A stretch of DNA of 64,000 nt from Eledone cirrhosa (lineage: Eukaryota), in assembly GCA_964016885.1 (NCBI GenBank), contig OZ024756.1:7998001-8062000 (forward strand). The letters are read 5' to 3'. Made by a program: the position numbers and the translations under genes. The notes below the pieces were generated by a model, which saw only the letters and a program-made list of their open reading frames with translations, was not told where the DNA came from and did not search any database. Shown here piece after piece: positions 1-18,300 of the stretch (its first letter is position 1; each line of letters opens with the position of its first letter).

Positions 1-3000
1 ACACTCTCTGCATTATCTAATCTATAGTCTTACTATATATATCACACTCTCTACATTATCTAATATATAGTCTTACTATATCACAATCTCTACATCATCT
101 AATCTATGGTCTTACTATATATATCTCATCGTCTACATTATCTAATCTATAGTCTTACTATATCACACTCACTACATTATCTAATCTAGATGTCTTACTA
201 TATATATCACAGTCTCTCCGTTATCTAATCTATAGACTTACTATATATATCACACTCTCTACATTATCTAATCTATAGTTTTACTATATGGCACTCTATA
301 CATTATCTAATCTATAGTCTTACTATATCGCACTCTCTACATTATCTAATCTATAGTCTTACTATATATATCACACTCTCTACATTAACTAATCTATAGT
401 CTTACTATATATATCACACTCTCTACATTATCTAATCTATAGTCTTACTATATCGCACTCTTTACATTATCTAATCTATAGTCTTACCATATCACACTCT
501 GTACATTATCTAATCTATAGTCTTAATATATCACAGTCTCTACATTATCTAATCTATAGTCTTACTATATATATCACACTCTCTACATTATCTAATCTAT
601 AGTCTTACTATATCACACTCTCCACATTATTTATTCTATAGTCTTACTATAGCACACTCTCTACATTATCTAATCTATAGTCTTACTATATCAGCCTCTC
701 TACATTATTTAATCTATAGTCTTACTGTATCTCACTCCCTACATTTTCTAATCTACAGTCTTACTATATCTCACTCTCTACATTATATAATCTATATCCT
801 TACTACATATATAACACTCTCTACATTATCTAATCTATAGTGTTACTATATCACAGTCTCTACATTATCTATTCTATAGTCTTACTATATATATCACACT
901 CTCTACATTATCTAATCTATAGTCTTACTATATCACACTCTCTACATTATCTAATCTATCATCTTACTATATCACACTCTCAACATTATTTATTCTATAG
1001 TCTTACTATATCTCACTCTATACATTATCTAATCTATAGTCTTAGTATATTTATCACAATCTCTACATAATCTAATCCATAGTCTTACTATATCACATTC
1101 TTTACATTATCTAATCTATAGTCTTAATATATATCACTCTCTACATTATCTAATCTATAGTCTTACTACATCTATCACACTCTCTATATTATCTAATCTA
1201 TAGTCGTACTATATATATCGCACTCTCTACATTATCTAATCTACAGTTTACTATATCAAACTCTCAACATTATTTATACTATAGTCTAACTATATCACAC
1301 TCTGTACATTATATAATCTATAGTCTTACTATATATTAGCACACTCTCTACATTATCTAATCTATAGTCTTACTATATATATCACAATCTCTACATCATC
1401 TAATCTATATTCTTACTAAATATATCTTACCCTCTACATTATCTAATCTATAGTCCTACTATATCACACTCTCTGGATTATCTAATCTATAGTTTTACCA
1501 TATATATCACGCTCTACATTATCTAATCTGTAGTCTTACTATATATATCACACTCTCTACATTATCTAATCTATAGACTTACTATATATATCACACTCTC
1601 TATATTATCTAATATATAGTCTTACTATATCACACTCTCTGCATTATCTAATCTATAGTCTTACTATATATATCACACTCTCTACATTATCTAATATATA
1701 GTCTTACTATATCACAATCTCTACATCATCTTATCTATGGTCTTACTATATATATCTCATCTTCTACATTATCTAATCTATAGTCTTACTATATCACACT
1801 CACTACATTATCTAATCTAGATGTCTTACTATATATATCACAGTCTCTACAATATCTAATCTATAGTCTTACTATATCACACTCTCTACATTATCTAATC
1901 TATAGTCTTACTATATATATCACACTCTCTACATTATCTAATCTATAGTTTTACTATATCGCACTCTCTACATTATCTAATCTATAGTCTTACTATATCG
2001 CACTCTCTACATTATCTAATCTATAGTCTTACTATATATATCACACTCTCTACATTATCTAATCTATAGTCTTACTATATATATCACCCTCTACATTATC
2101 TAATCTATAGTCTTACTATATATATCACACTCTCTAAATTATCTAATCTATAGTGTTACTACATATATCACACTCTCTACAATATCTAATCTATAGTCTT
2201 ACTATATCACACTCTCTACATTATATAATCTATATCCTTACTACATATATCACACTCTCTACATTATCTAATCTATAATCTTACTATATATATCTCACTC
2301 TCTACATTATCTAATCTATAGTGTTACTATATCACAGTCTCTACATTATCTAATCTATAGTCTTACTATATATATCACACTCTCTACATTATCTAATCTA
2401 TAGTATTACTATATCACACTCTCTACATTATCTACTCTATCGTCTTACTATATCACACTCTCAACATTATTTATTCTATAGTCTAACTATATCACACTCT
2501 GTACATTATCTAATCTATAGTCTTACTATATATAGCACACTCTCTACATTATCTAATCTATAGTCTTACTATATATATCACACTCTCTACATTATCTAAT
2601 ATATAGTCTTACTATATCACAATCTCTACATCATCTAATCTATAGTCTTACTATATTTATCTCAACCTCTACATTATCTAATCTATAGTCTTACTATATC
2701 ACACTCTTTACATTATCTAATGTATAGTCTTACTATATATATGACACTCTTTACATTATCTTATATATAGTCTTACTATATATATCACCCTCTACATCAT
2801 CTAATCTATGGTCTTACTATATATATCTCATCGTCTACATTATCTAATCTATAGTCTTACTATATCACACTCACTACATTATCTAATCTAGATGTCTTAC
2901 TATATATATCACAGTCTCTCCGTTATCTAATCTATAGACTTACTATATATATCACACTCTCTACATTATCTAATCTATAGTTTTACTATATCGCACTCTC

Positions 3001-6000
3001 TACATTATCTAATCTATAGTCTTACTATATCGCACTCTCTACATTATCTAATCTATAGTCTTACTATATATATCACACTCTCTAAATTATCTAATCTATA
3101 GTCTTACTATATATATCACACTCTACATTATCTAATCTATAGTCTTACTATATATATCACACTCTCTAAATTATCTAATCTATAGTGTTACTACATATAT
3201 CACACTCTCTACAATATCTAATCTATAGTCTTACTATATCACACTCTCTACATTATATAATCTATATCCTTACTACATATATCACACTCTCTACATTATC
3301 TAATCTATAATCTTACTATATATATCTCACTCTCTACATTATCTAATCTATAGTGTTACTATATCACAGTCTCTACATTATCTAATCTATAGTCTTACTA
3401 TATATATCACACTCTCTACATTATCTAATCTATAGTCTTACTATATCACACTCTCTACATTATCTAATCTATCGTCTTACTATATCACACTCTCAACATT
3501 ATTTATTCTATAGTCTAACTATCTCACACTCTGTACATTATCTAATCTATAGTCTTACTATATATAGCACACTCTCTACATTATCTAATCTATAGTCTTA
3601 ATATATATATCACACTCTCTACATTATCTAATCTATAGTCTTACTATATCGCACTCTTTACATTATCTAATCTATAGTCTTACCATATCACACTCTGTAC
3701 ATTATCTAATCTATAGTCTTAATATATCACAGTCTCTACATTATCTAATCTATAGTCTTACTATATATATCACACTCTCTACATTATCTAATCTATAGTC
3801 TTACTATATCACACTCTCTACATTATTTATTCTATAGTCTTACTATAGCACACTCTCTACATTATCTAATCTATAGTCTTACTATATCAGCCTCTCTACA
3901 TTATCTAATCTATAGTCTTACTGTATCTCACTCTCTACATTATCTAATCTATAGTCTTAGTATATTTATCACACTCTCTACATAATCTAATCTATAGTCT
4001 TTCTATATCACATTCTCTACATTATCTAATCTATAGTCTTAATATATATCACTCTCTACATTATCTAATCTATAGTCTTACTATATATATCACACTCTCT
4101 ATATTATCTAATATATAGTCTTACTATATCACACTCTCTACATTATCTAATCTATAGTCTTACTATATATATCACACTCTCTACATTATCTAATATATAG
4201 TCTTACTATATCACAATCTCTGCAGCATCTAATCTATGGTCTTACTATATATATCTCATATTCTACATTATCTAATCTATAGTCTTACTATATCTCACTC
4301 TCTACATTATCTAATCTATAGTCTTAGTATATTTATCACAATCTCTACATAATCTAATCTATAGTCTTACTATATCACATTCTTTACATTATCTAATCTA
4401 TAGTTTTAATATATATCACTCTCTACATTATCTAAGCTATAGTCTTACTACATATATCACACTCTCTACATTATCTAATCTATAGTCGTACTATATATAT
4501 CGCACTCTCTACATGATCTAATCTACAGTTTACTATATCAAACTATGAACATTATTTATACTATAGTCTAACTATATCACACTCTGTACATTATATAATC
4601 TATAGTCTTACTATATATTAGCACACTCTCTACATTATCTAATCTATAGTCTTACTATATATATCACAATCTCTACATCATCTAATCTATATTCTTACTA
4701 TATATATCTTACCCTCTACATTATCTAATCTATAGTCCTACTATATCACACTCTCTGGATTATCTAATCTATAGTTTTACCATTTATATCACGCTCTACA
4801 TTATCTAATCTATAGTCTTACTATATATATCACACTCTCTACATTATCTAATCTATAGTCTTACTATATATATCACTCTCTCTATATTATCTAATATATA
4901 GTCTTACTATATCACACTCTCTGCATTATCTAATCTATAGTCTTACTATATATATCACACTCTCTACATTATCTAATATATAGTCTTACTATATCACAAT
5001 CTCTACTTCATCTAATCTATGGTCTTACTATATATATCTCATCTTCTACATTATCTAATCTATAGTCTTACTATATCACGCTCACTACATTATCTAATCT
5101 AGATGTCTTACTATATATATCTCAGTCTCTCCGTTATCTAATCTATAGACTTACTATATATATCACACACTCTACATTATCTAATCTATAGTTTTACTAT
5201 ATCGCACTCCCTACATTATCTAATCTATAGTCTTACTATATCGCACTCTCTACATTATCTAATCTATAGTCTTACTATATATATCACACTCTCTACATTA
5301 TCTAATCTATAGTCTTACTATATATATCACCCTCTACATTATCTAATCTATAGTCTTACTATATATATCACCCTCTCTAAATTATCTAATCTATAGTGTT
5401 ACTACATATATCACACTCTCTACAATATCTAATCTATAGTCTTACTATATCACACTCTCTACATTATATAATCTATATCCTTACTACATATATCACACTC
5501 TCTACATTATCTAATCTATAATCTTAGTATATATATATCACTCTCTACATTATCTAATCTATAGTGTTACTATATCAGAGTCTCTACATTATCTAATCTA
5601 TAGTCTTACTATATATATCACACTCTCTACATTATCTAATATATAGTCTTACTATATCACACTCTCTACATTATCTAATCTATCGTCTTACTATATCACA
5701 CTCTCAACATTATTTATTCTATAGTCTAACTATATCACACTCAGTACATTATCTAATCTATAGTCTTACTATATATAGCACACTCTCTACATTATCTAAT
5801 CTATAGTCTTACTATATATATCACACTCTCTACATTATCTAATCTATAGTCTTACAATACCGCACTCTTTACATTATCTAATCTATAGTCTTACCATATC
5901 ACACTCTATACATTATCTAATCTATAGTCTTAATATATCACAGTCTCTACATTATCTAATCTATAGTCTTACGATATCACACTCTCTACATTATTTATTC

Positions 6001-9000
6001 TATAGTCTTACTATAGCCCACTCTCTACATTATCTAATCTATAGTCTTACTATATCAGCCTCTCTACATTATCTAATCTATAGTCTTACTGTATCTCACT
6101 CCCTACATTTTCTAATCTACAGTCTTACTATATCTCACTCTCTACATTATCTAATCTATAGTCTTAGTATATTTATCACACTCTCTACATAATCTAATTA
6201 TAGTCTTACTATATCACATTCTCTACATTATCTAATCTATAGTCTTAATATATATCACTCTCTACATTATCTAATCTATAGTCTTACTATATATATCACA
6301 CTCTCTATATTATCTAATATATAGTCTTACTATATCACACTCTCTGCATTATCTAATCTATAGTCTTACTATATATATCACCCTCTCTACATTATCTAAT
6401 CTATAGTCTTACTATATCACACTCTCAACATTATTTATTCTATAGTCTAACTATATCACACTCTGTACATTATCTAATCTATAGTCTTACTATATATAGC
6501 ACACTCTCTACATTATCTAATCTATAGTCTTACTATATATATCACACTCTCTACATTATCTAATCTATAGTCTTACTATATCGCACTCTTTACATTATCT
6601 AATCTATAGTCTTACCATATCACACTCTGTACATTATCTAATGTATAGTCTTAATATATCACAGTCTCTACATTATCTAATCTATAGTCTTACTATATAT
6701 ATCACACTCTCTACATTATCTAATCTATAGTCTTACTATATCAGCCTCTCTACATTATCTAATCTATAGTCTTACTGTATCTCACTCCCTACATTTTCTA
6801 ATCTACAGTCTTACTATATCTCACTCTCTACATTATCTAATCTATAGTCTTACTATACATATCACACTCTCGATATTATCTAATATATAGTCTTACTATA
6901 TCATATTCTCTTCATTATCTAATCTATAGTCTTACTATATATATCACACTCTCTACATTATCTAATATATAGTCTTACTATAACACAATCTCTACATCAT
7001 CTAATCTATGGTCTTACTATATATATCTCATCGTCTACATTATCTAATCTATAGTCTTACTATATCACACTCACTACATTATCTAATCTAGATGTCTTAC
7101 TATATATATCACAGTCTCTCCGTTATCTAATCTATAGACTTACTATATATATCACACTCTTTACATTATCTAATCTATAGTCTTACCATATCACACTCTG
7201 TACATTATCTAATCTATAGTCTTAATATATCACAGTCTCTACATTATCTAATCTATAGTCTTACTATATATATCACACTCTCTACATTATCTAATCTATA
7301 GTCTTACTATATCACACTCTCCACATTATTTATTCTATAGTCTTACTATAGTACACTCTCTACATTATCTAATCTATAGTCTTACTATATCAGCCTCTCT
7401 ACATTATCTAATCTATAGTCTTACTGTATCTCACTCCCTACATTTTCTAATCTACAGTCTTACTATATCTCACTCTCTACATTATATAATCTATATCTTT
7501 ACTACATATATCACACTCTCTACATTATCTAATCTATAGTGTTACTATATCACAGTCTCTACATTATCTAATCTATAGTCTTACTATATATATCACACTC
7601 TCTACATTATCTAATCTATAGTCTTACTATATCACACTCTCTACATTATCTAATCTATCGTCTTACTATATCACACTCTCAACATTATTTATTCTATAGT
7701 CTAACTATATCACACACTGTACATTATCTAATCTATAGTCTTACTATATATAGCACACTCTCTACATTATCTAATCTATAGTCTTACTATATATATCACA
7801 CTCTCTACTTTATCTAATCTATAGTCTTACTATATCACACTCTCCACATTATTTATTCTATAGTCTTACTATAGCACACTCTCTACATTATCTAATCTAT
7901 AGTCTTACTCTATCAGCCTCTCTACATTATCTAATCTATAGTCTTACTGTATCTCACTCCCTACATTTTCTAATCTACAGTCTTACTATATCTCACTCTC
8001 TACATTATCTAATCTATAGTCTTAGTATATTTACCACACTCTCTGCATAATCTAATCTATAGTTTTACTATATCACATTCTCTACATTATCTAATCTATA
8101 GTCTTAATATATATATCACACTCTCTATATTATCTAATATATAGTCTTACTATATCACACTCTCTGCATTATCTAATCTATAGTCTTTCTATATATATCA
8201 CACTCTCTACATTATCTAATATATAGTCTTACTATATCACAATCTCTACAGCATCTAATCTATGGTCTTACTATATATATCTCATCTTCTACATTATCTA
8301 ATCTATAATCTTACTACATCTCACTCTCTACATTATCTAATCTATAGTCTTAGTATATTTATCACAATCTCTACATAATCTAATCCATAGTCTTACTATA
8401 TCACATTCTTTACATTATCTAATCTATAGTCTTAATATATATCACTCTCTACATTATCTAATCTATAGTCTTACTACATATATCACACTCTCTACATTAT
8501 CTAATCTATAGTCGTACTATATATATCGCACTCTCTACATTATCTAATCTACAGTTTACTATATCAAACTCTCAACATTATTTATACTATAGTGTAACTA
8601 TATCACACTCTGTACATTATATAATCTATAGTCTTACTATATATTAGCACACTCTCTACATTATCTAATCTATAGTCTTACTATATATATCACAATCTCT
8701 ACATCATCTAATCTATATTCTTACTAAATATATCTTACCCTCTACATTATCTAATCTATAGTCCTACTATATCACACTCTCTGGATAATCTAATCTATAG
8801 TTTTATCATATATATCACGCTCTACATTATCTAATCTGTAGTCTTACTATATATATCACACTCTCTACATTATCTAATCTATAGTCTTACCATATATATC
8901 ACACTCTCTATATTATCTAATATATAGTCTTACTATATCACACTCTCTGCATTATCTAATCTATAGTCTTACTATATATATCACACTCTCTACATTATCT

Positions 9001-12000
9001 AATATATAGTCTTACTATATCACAATCTCTACATCATCTAATCTATGGTCTTACTATATATATCTCATCTTCTACATTATCTAATCTATAGTCTTACTAT
9101 ATCACACTCACTACATTATCTAATCTAGATGTCTTACTATATATATCACAGTCTCTCCGTTATCTAATCTATAGACTTACTATATATATCACACTCTCTA
9201 CATTATCTAATCTATAGTTTTACTATATCGCACTCTCTACATTATCTAATCTATAGTCTTACTATATCGCACTCTCTACATTATCTAATCTATAGTCTTA
9301 CTATATATATCACACTCTCTACATTATCTAATCTATAGTCTTACTATATATATCACCCTCTACATTATCTAATCTATAGTCTTACTATATATATCACACT
9401 CTCTAAATTATCTAATCTATAGTGTTACGACATATATCACACTCTCTACAATATCTAATCTATAGTCTTACTATATCACACTCTCTACATTATATAATCT
9501 ATATCCTTACTACATATCTCACACTCACTACATTATCTAATCTATAGTTTTACTATATCGCACTCTCTACATTATCTAATCTATAGTCTTACTATATCGT
9601 ACTCTCTACATTATCTAATCTATAGTCTTACTATATATATATCACACTCTCTACATTATCTAATCTATAGTCTTACTATATATATCACCCTCTACATTAT
9701 CTAATCTATAGTCTTACTATATATATCACACTCTCTAAATTATCTAATCTATAGTGTTACTACATATATCACACTCTCTACAATATCTTATCTATAGTCT
9801 TTCTATATCACACTCTCTACATTATATAATCTATATCCTTACTACATATATCACACTCTCTACATTATCTAATCTATAATCTTACTATATATATCTCACT
9901 CTCTATATCATCTAATCTATAGTGTTACTATATCACAGTCTCTACATTATCTAATCTATAGTCTTACTATATATATCACACTCTCTACATTATCTAATCT
10001 ATAGTCTTACTAAATTACGCTCTCTACATTATCTAATCTATCGTCTTACTATATCACACTCTCAACATTATTTATTCTATAGTCTAACTATATCACACTC
10101 TGTACATTATCTAATCTATAGTCTTACTATATATAGCACACTCTCTACATTATCTAATCTATAGTCTTACTATATATATCACACTCTCTACATTATCTAA
10201 TATATAGTCTTACTATATCACAATCTCTACATCATCTAATCTATAGTCTTACTATATTTATCTCACCCTCTACATTATCTAATCTATAGTCTTACTATAT
10301 CACACTCTTTACATTATCTAATCTATAGTCTTACTATATATTTGACACTCTTTACATTATCTAATCTATAGTCTTACTATATATATCACCCTCTACATTA
10401 TCTAATATATATTCTTACTACATATATCACACTCTCTACATTATCTAATTTATAATCTCACTATATATATCTCTCTCTCTACATTATCTAATCTATAGTA
10501 TTACTATATCACACTCTCTACATTATTTATTCTAAAGTCTTACTATATCACACTCTCTACATTGTCTAATCTATAGTCTTACTATATGACACTCTCTACA
10601 TTATCTAATCTATAGTTTTACTATATTTCACTCTCTACATTATCTAATCTATAGTCTTACTATATCACAGTCTCTACATTATCTAATCTATAGTCTTACT
10701 ATATATATCAAACTATCTACATTATTTAATCTATAGTCTTACTATATCACACTCTCTACATTATCTAATCTAGATGTTTTACTATATATATCACACTCTC
10801 TACATTATCTAATCTATAGACTTACTATATATATCACACTCTCTACATTATCTAATCTATAGTCTTACTATATCGCACTCTTTACATTATCTAATCTATA
10901 GTCTTAATATATCACAGTCTCTACATTATCTAATCTATAATCTTACTATATATATCACAGTCTCTACATTCTCTAATCTATAGTCTTACTATATCCCACT
11001 CTCTACATTATCTAATCTAGATGCCTTACTATATATATCACACTCTCTACATTATCTAATCTATAGTCTTACTATATATATCACACTCTCTACAGTATCT
11101 ATTCTATAGTCTTACTATATATATCACACTCTCTACATTATCTAATCTATAGTCTTACTATATATATGACAATCTCTACATCATCTAATCTATATTCTTA
11201 CTATATATATCTTACCCTCTACATTATCTAATCTATAGTCCTACTATATCACACTCTCTGGATTATCTAATCTATAGTTTTACCATATATATCATGCTAT
11301 ACATTATCTAATCTATAGTCCTACTATATATATCACACTCTCTACATTATCTAATCTATAGTCTTACTATATATATCACACTCTCTTCATTATCTAATCT
11401 ATAGTCTTACTATATCGCACTCTCTACAATGTCTAATCTATAGTCTTACTATATCACACTCTCTACATTATCTAATCTATATTCTTACTACATATATCTC
11501 ACTCTCTACATTATCTAATCTATAATCTTCATATATATATCTCACTCACTATATTATCTAATCTATATTATTACTATATCACACTCTCTACATTATTTAT
11601 TCTATAGTCTTACTATAGCACACTCTCTACATTATCTATTCTATAGTCTTACAATATATATCACACTCTCTACATTATCTAATCTATAATCTTACTATAT
11701 CTCACTCCCTAGATTTTCTAATCTACAGTCTTACTATATCTCACTCTCTACATTATCTAATCTATAGTCTTAGTATATGTATCACTCTCTCTACATAATC
11801 TAATCTATAGTCTTTCTATATCACATTCTCTACATTATCTAATCTATAGTCTTACTATATATCACTCTCTACATTATCTAATCTATAGTCTTACTACATA
11901 TATCACACTCTCTACATTATCTAATCTATAGTCTTACTAAATATATCTCACTCTCTACATTATCTAACATACAGTCTTACTATATCAAACTCTCAACATT

Positions 12001-15000
12001 ATTTATACTATAGTCTAACTATATCACACTCTGTACATTATATAATCTATAGTCTTACTATATATTAGCACACTCTCTACATTATGTAATCTATAGTCTT
12101 ATTATATATATCACACTCTCTATATTATCTAATATATAGTCTTACTATATCACACTCTCTGCATTATCTAATCTATAGTCTTACTATATATATCACACTC
12201 TCTACATTATCTAATATATAGTCTTACTATATCACGATCTCTACATCATCTAATCTATGGTCTTACTATATATATCTCACCTTCTACATTATCTAATCTA
12301 TAGTCTTACTATATACATCCCACTCTCTGCATCATCTAATCTATAGTCATGCTATATATATCACACTCTCTACATTATCTAATCTATAGTCTTACTATAT
12401 ATATCTCACTCTCTACATTATCTAATCAATAGTCTTACTATATATATCTCACTCACTACATTATCTAATCTATAGTCTTACTATATATATCCCACTCTCA
12501 TCATAATATAATATATAGTCTTACTATATATATCACACTCTCTACATTATCTAATCTATAGTCTTACTATATCACAGTCTCTACATTATCTCATCTATAG
12601 TCTTACTATACATATTACACTCTCTACATTATCTAATCTATAGTCTTACTATATCACACTCTCTACATTATCTAATCTATAGTCTTACTATATATATCTC
12701 ACTCTCTACATTATCTAATCTATAGTCTTACTATATATATCTCACTATCTACATTATCTAATCTATAGTCTTGCTATATATATCCCACTCTCTGCATTAT
12801 ATAATATAGAGTCTTACTATATATATCACACTCTCTATATTATCTAAACTATAGTCTTACTATATCTAACCCTCTACATTATGTAATCTATAGTCTGACT
12901 ATATCACACTCTCTACATCATCTAATCTATAGTCTTACTATATCTCACTCTCTATATTATCTAATATATAGTCTTTCTATATCACAATCTCTGCATTTTC
13001 TAATCTATAGTCTTACTATATATATCACACTCTCTACATTATCTAATCTATAGTCTTCCTATATCACACACTCTACATTATTTATTCTACAGTCGTACTA
13101 TCTCACACTCTTTACGTTATCTATTCTATAGTCACACTACATATATCACACTCTCTACATCATCTAATCTATAGTCTAACTATATATATATCTCACTCTC
13201 TACATTATTTAATATATAGTCTTACTATATCACACTCTCTGCATTATCTAATCTATAGTCTTACTATATTTATCACACTCTCTACAACATCTAATCTATA
13301 GTCTTGCTATATATATCTCTCCCACTATATTATCTCATCTATAGTGTTACTATATCACACTCACTACATTATGTAATCTATAGTCTTACTATATACATCC
13401 CACTCTCTGCATTATCTAATATATTGTCATACTATATATATCAAACTCTCTACATTATCTAATCTATAATCTTACTATATATATCACACTCACATCCTTA
13501 TCTAATATATAGTCTTACTATATCACACTTTCTACATTATTTAATATATAGTCTTACTATATCACACTCTCTACATTATCTAATATATAATCTTACAATA
13601 TATATCTCAATCTACATTATCTAATCTATAGTCTTACTATATCACACTCTCTACATTATCTAATCTATAGACTTACTATATAAATCACACTCTCTACATT
13701 ATCTAATCTATAGTCTTACTATATATATCCCACTCTCTGCATTATATAATATATAGTCTTACTATATATATCCCACTCTCTACATTATCTAATCTATAAT
13801 TTTACTATATATATCACACTCTTTACATTATCTAATCTATAGACTTACTATATTACACTCTCTACATTATCTAACCTATAGACTTACTATATCACACTCT
13901 CTACATTATCTAATCTATAATCTTACTATATCTCACACTCTACATTTTCTAATCTACAGTCTTACTATATTACACTCTCTACATTATATAATCTATAGTC
14001 TTACTACATATGTCACACTTTCTACATTATCTAATCTATAGTCTTACTATATATATCACACTCTCTACATTATCTCATCTATAGTCTTACTATATCACAC
14101 TCTCTACCTTATCTAATCTATAGTCTTACTATATACATCCCGCTCTCTGCATTATCTAATCTATAGTCTTACTATATATATCACACTCTCTACATTATCT
14201 AATATATAGTCTTACTATATCACACACTCTACATCATTTAATCTATAGTCTTACTATATATATCTCCCCCTCCACATTATCTAATCTATAGTCTTACTAT
14301 ATCACACTCTCTACATTATCTACTCTATAGTCTTACTATATGTATCACACTATCTACATTGTCTATTCTATAGTCTTACTATATATATAACACTCTCTAC
14401 ATTATCTAATCTATAGTCTTATTATATTGCACTCTCTACATTGTCTAATCTATAGTTTACTATATCATACTCTCTACATTATCTAATCTATACTCTTACT
14501 ATATATATCTCACTATCTACATTATCTAATCTATAGTCTTACTATATCTCACTCTCTACATTATCTATTCTATAGTCTGACTATATAACACTCTGTACAT
14601 TATCTAATCTATAGTCTTACTATATATATCACACTCTCTACATTACGTAATCTATAGTCTTATTAAATCACACTCTCTACATTATCTAATCTATAGTCTT
14701 ACTATATGTATCACTCTATCTACATTATCTATTCTATAGTCTTACTATATATATCACAATCTCTACATTATCTTACCTATAGACTTACTATATATATCAC
14801 ACTCTCTACATTATCTAATCTATAGTCTTACTATATTGTACTCTCTACATTGTCTAATCTATAGTCTTACTATATCACACTCTCTACATTATCTAATCTA
14901 TAGTCTTACTATATCACACTCTCTACATTATCTAATCTATAGTCTTACCATATCACATTCTCTACATTATCTAATCTATAGTCTTACTATATATATCACA

Positions 15001-15329
15001 CGCTCTACATTATCTAATCTATAGTCTTACTATATCTCACTCTCTACATTATCTAACATATTGTCTTACTATATCACACTATCTACGTGATCTAATCTAT
15101 AGTCTCACTATATCACATTCTCTACATTATCTAATCTATAGTCTTACTATATCACCCTCTCTATATTACCTAATCGTTATTCTTACTATATCACACTCTC
15201 TACATTATCTACTCTATACTCTTATTATATCACACACTCTACATTATCTAATCTATAGTCTTATTGTATCACACGCTCTACATTATCTAATCTATTGTCT
15301 TACTATATATATATGACACTTTCTACATT

Positions 15330-18300
15330 ATCTAATCTATAGTCTTACTATATATATCACACTCTCTAGTTCATCTAATCTATAGACTTATTATATATAT
15401 CACACTCCCTACATTATCTAATCTATAGTCTTACTATATATATAACACGCTCTACATTATATAATCTATAGTCTTACTATATCACACTCTGTACATTATT
15501 TATTCTATAGTCTTACTATATCACACTCTGTACATTATCTAATATATAGTCTTACTATATATATCACACTCTCTACATTATCTTATCTATAGTCTTACTA
15601 TATGACACTCTCTACATTATCTAATCTATAGTCTTACTATATATAGCACACTCCCTACACTATCTAATCTATAGTCTTACTGTATATATCAGACTCTGTA
15701 CATTATCTAATATATAGTCTTACTATATCACACTCTCTGCATTATCTATTCTATAATCTTAATATATATATCACACTCTCTACATTATCTAATATATAGT
15801 CTTACTCTCTCACACTCTCTACATCATCTAATCTATAGTCTTACTATATATATCTCCCCCTCTACATTATCTAATATATAGTCTTACTATATTACACTCT
15901 CTACATTACCTAATCTATAGTCTTACTATATCGCACTCTCTACATTATCTAATCTATAGACTTACTATATATATCTCATTCTCTACATTATCTAAACTAT
16001 AGTCTTCCTATATCACACTCTCTACATTGTCTAATCTATTGTCTTACTATATATATCACACTCTCTACATTATCTATTCTATAGTCTTTCTATATATATC
16101 AGACTCTCTACATTATCTAATCTATAATCTTACTATATCTCACTCTCTACATTATCTAATCTATAGGCTTACTAAATCACAGTCTCTACATTATCTAATC
16201 TATAATTTTACTATATATATCACACCCTTTACATTATCTAATCTATAGACTTACTATATCACACTCTCTACATTATCTAACCTATAGTCTTACTATATCT
16301 CACACTCTACATTTTCTAATCTACAGTCTTACTATATTACACTCTCTACATATATTTAATCTATAGTCTTACTACATATATCACACTTTCTACATTATCT
16401 AATCTATAGTCTTACTATATATATCTCACTCTCTACATTATCTCATATATAGTCTTACTATATCACACTCTCTACATTATGTAATCTATAGTCTTACTAT
16501 ATACATCCCGCTCTCTGCATTATCTAATCTATAGTGTTACTATATATATCACACTCTCTACATTATCTAATATATAGTCTTACTATATTACACTCTCTGC
16601 ATTATTTTAATCTATAGTCTTACTATATATATCACACTCTCTACATTATCTAATATATAGTCTTACTATATCACACACTCTACATCATCTAATCTATAGT
16701 CTTACTATATATATCTCCCCCTCTACATTATCTAATCTATAATCTTACTATATCACACTCTCTACATTATCTAATCTATAGTCTTAACTATATACATTCC
16801 ACTATATGCATTATCTAATCTATAGTCTTACTATATAGATGACACTCTCTACATTATCTAATCTATAGTCTTACTATATATATCTCACTCTCTACATTAT
16901 CTAATCTATAGTCTTCCTATATCACACTCTGTACATTATCTAATCTATAGTCTTACTATATATATCACACTCTCTAGTTCATCTAATCTATAGACTTATT
17001 ATATATATCACACTCCCTACATTATCTAATCTATAGTCTTACTATATATATAACACGCTCTACATTATATAATCTATAGTCTTACTATATCAGACTCTGT
17101 ACATTATTTATTCTATAGTCTTACTATATCACACTCTGTACATTATCTAATATATAGTCTTACTATATATATCACACTCTCTACATTATCTTATCTATAG
17201 TCTTACTATATGACACTCTCTACATTATCTAATCTATAGTCTTACTATATATAGCACACTCCCTACACTATCTAATCTATAGTCTTCCTGTATATATCAG
17301 ACTCTCTACATTAACTAATATATAGTCTTACTATATCACACTCTCTGCATTATCTATTCTATAGTCTTACTATATATATCACACTCTCTACATTATCTAA
17401 TATATAGTCTTACTCTCTCACACTCTCTACATCATCTAATCTATAGTCTTACTATATATATCTCCCCCTCTACATTATCTAATATATAGTCTTACTATAT
17501 TACACTCTCTACATTATCTAATCTATCGTCTTACTATATACATCCCACTCTCTGCATTATCCAATCTATAGTCTAAACTATATATATCACACTCTCTATA
17601 TTACCTAAGCTATAGTCTTACTATATCGCACTCTCTACATTATCTAATCTATGGACTTACTATATATATCTCATTCTCTACATTATCTAAACTATAGTCT
17701 TCCTATATCACACTCTCTACATTATCTAATCTATTGTCTTACTATATATATCACACTCTCTACATTATCTATTCTATAGTCTTTCTATATATATCAGACT
17801 CTCTACATTATCTAATCTATAATCTTACTATATCTCACTCTCTACATTATCTAATCTATAGGCTTACTAAATCACAGTCTCTACATTATCTAATCTATAA
17901 TTTTACTATATATATCACACCCTTTACATTATCTAATCTATAGACTTACTATATCACACTCTCTACATTATCTAACCTTTAGTCTTACTATATCTCACAC
18001 TCTACATTTTCTAATCTATAGTCTTGCTATATTACACTCTCTACGTTATTTAATCTATAGTCTTACTACATATATCACACTTTCTACATTATTTAATCTA
18101 TAGTCTTTCTATATATATCTCACTCTCTACATTATCTCATCTATAGTCTTACTATATCACACTCTCTACATTATGTAATCTATAGTCTTACTATATACAT
18201 CCCGCTCTCTGCATTATCTAATCTATAGTGTTACTATATATATCACACTCTCTACATTATCTAATATATAGTCTTACTATATTACACTCTCTGTATTATT

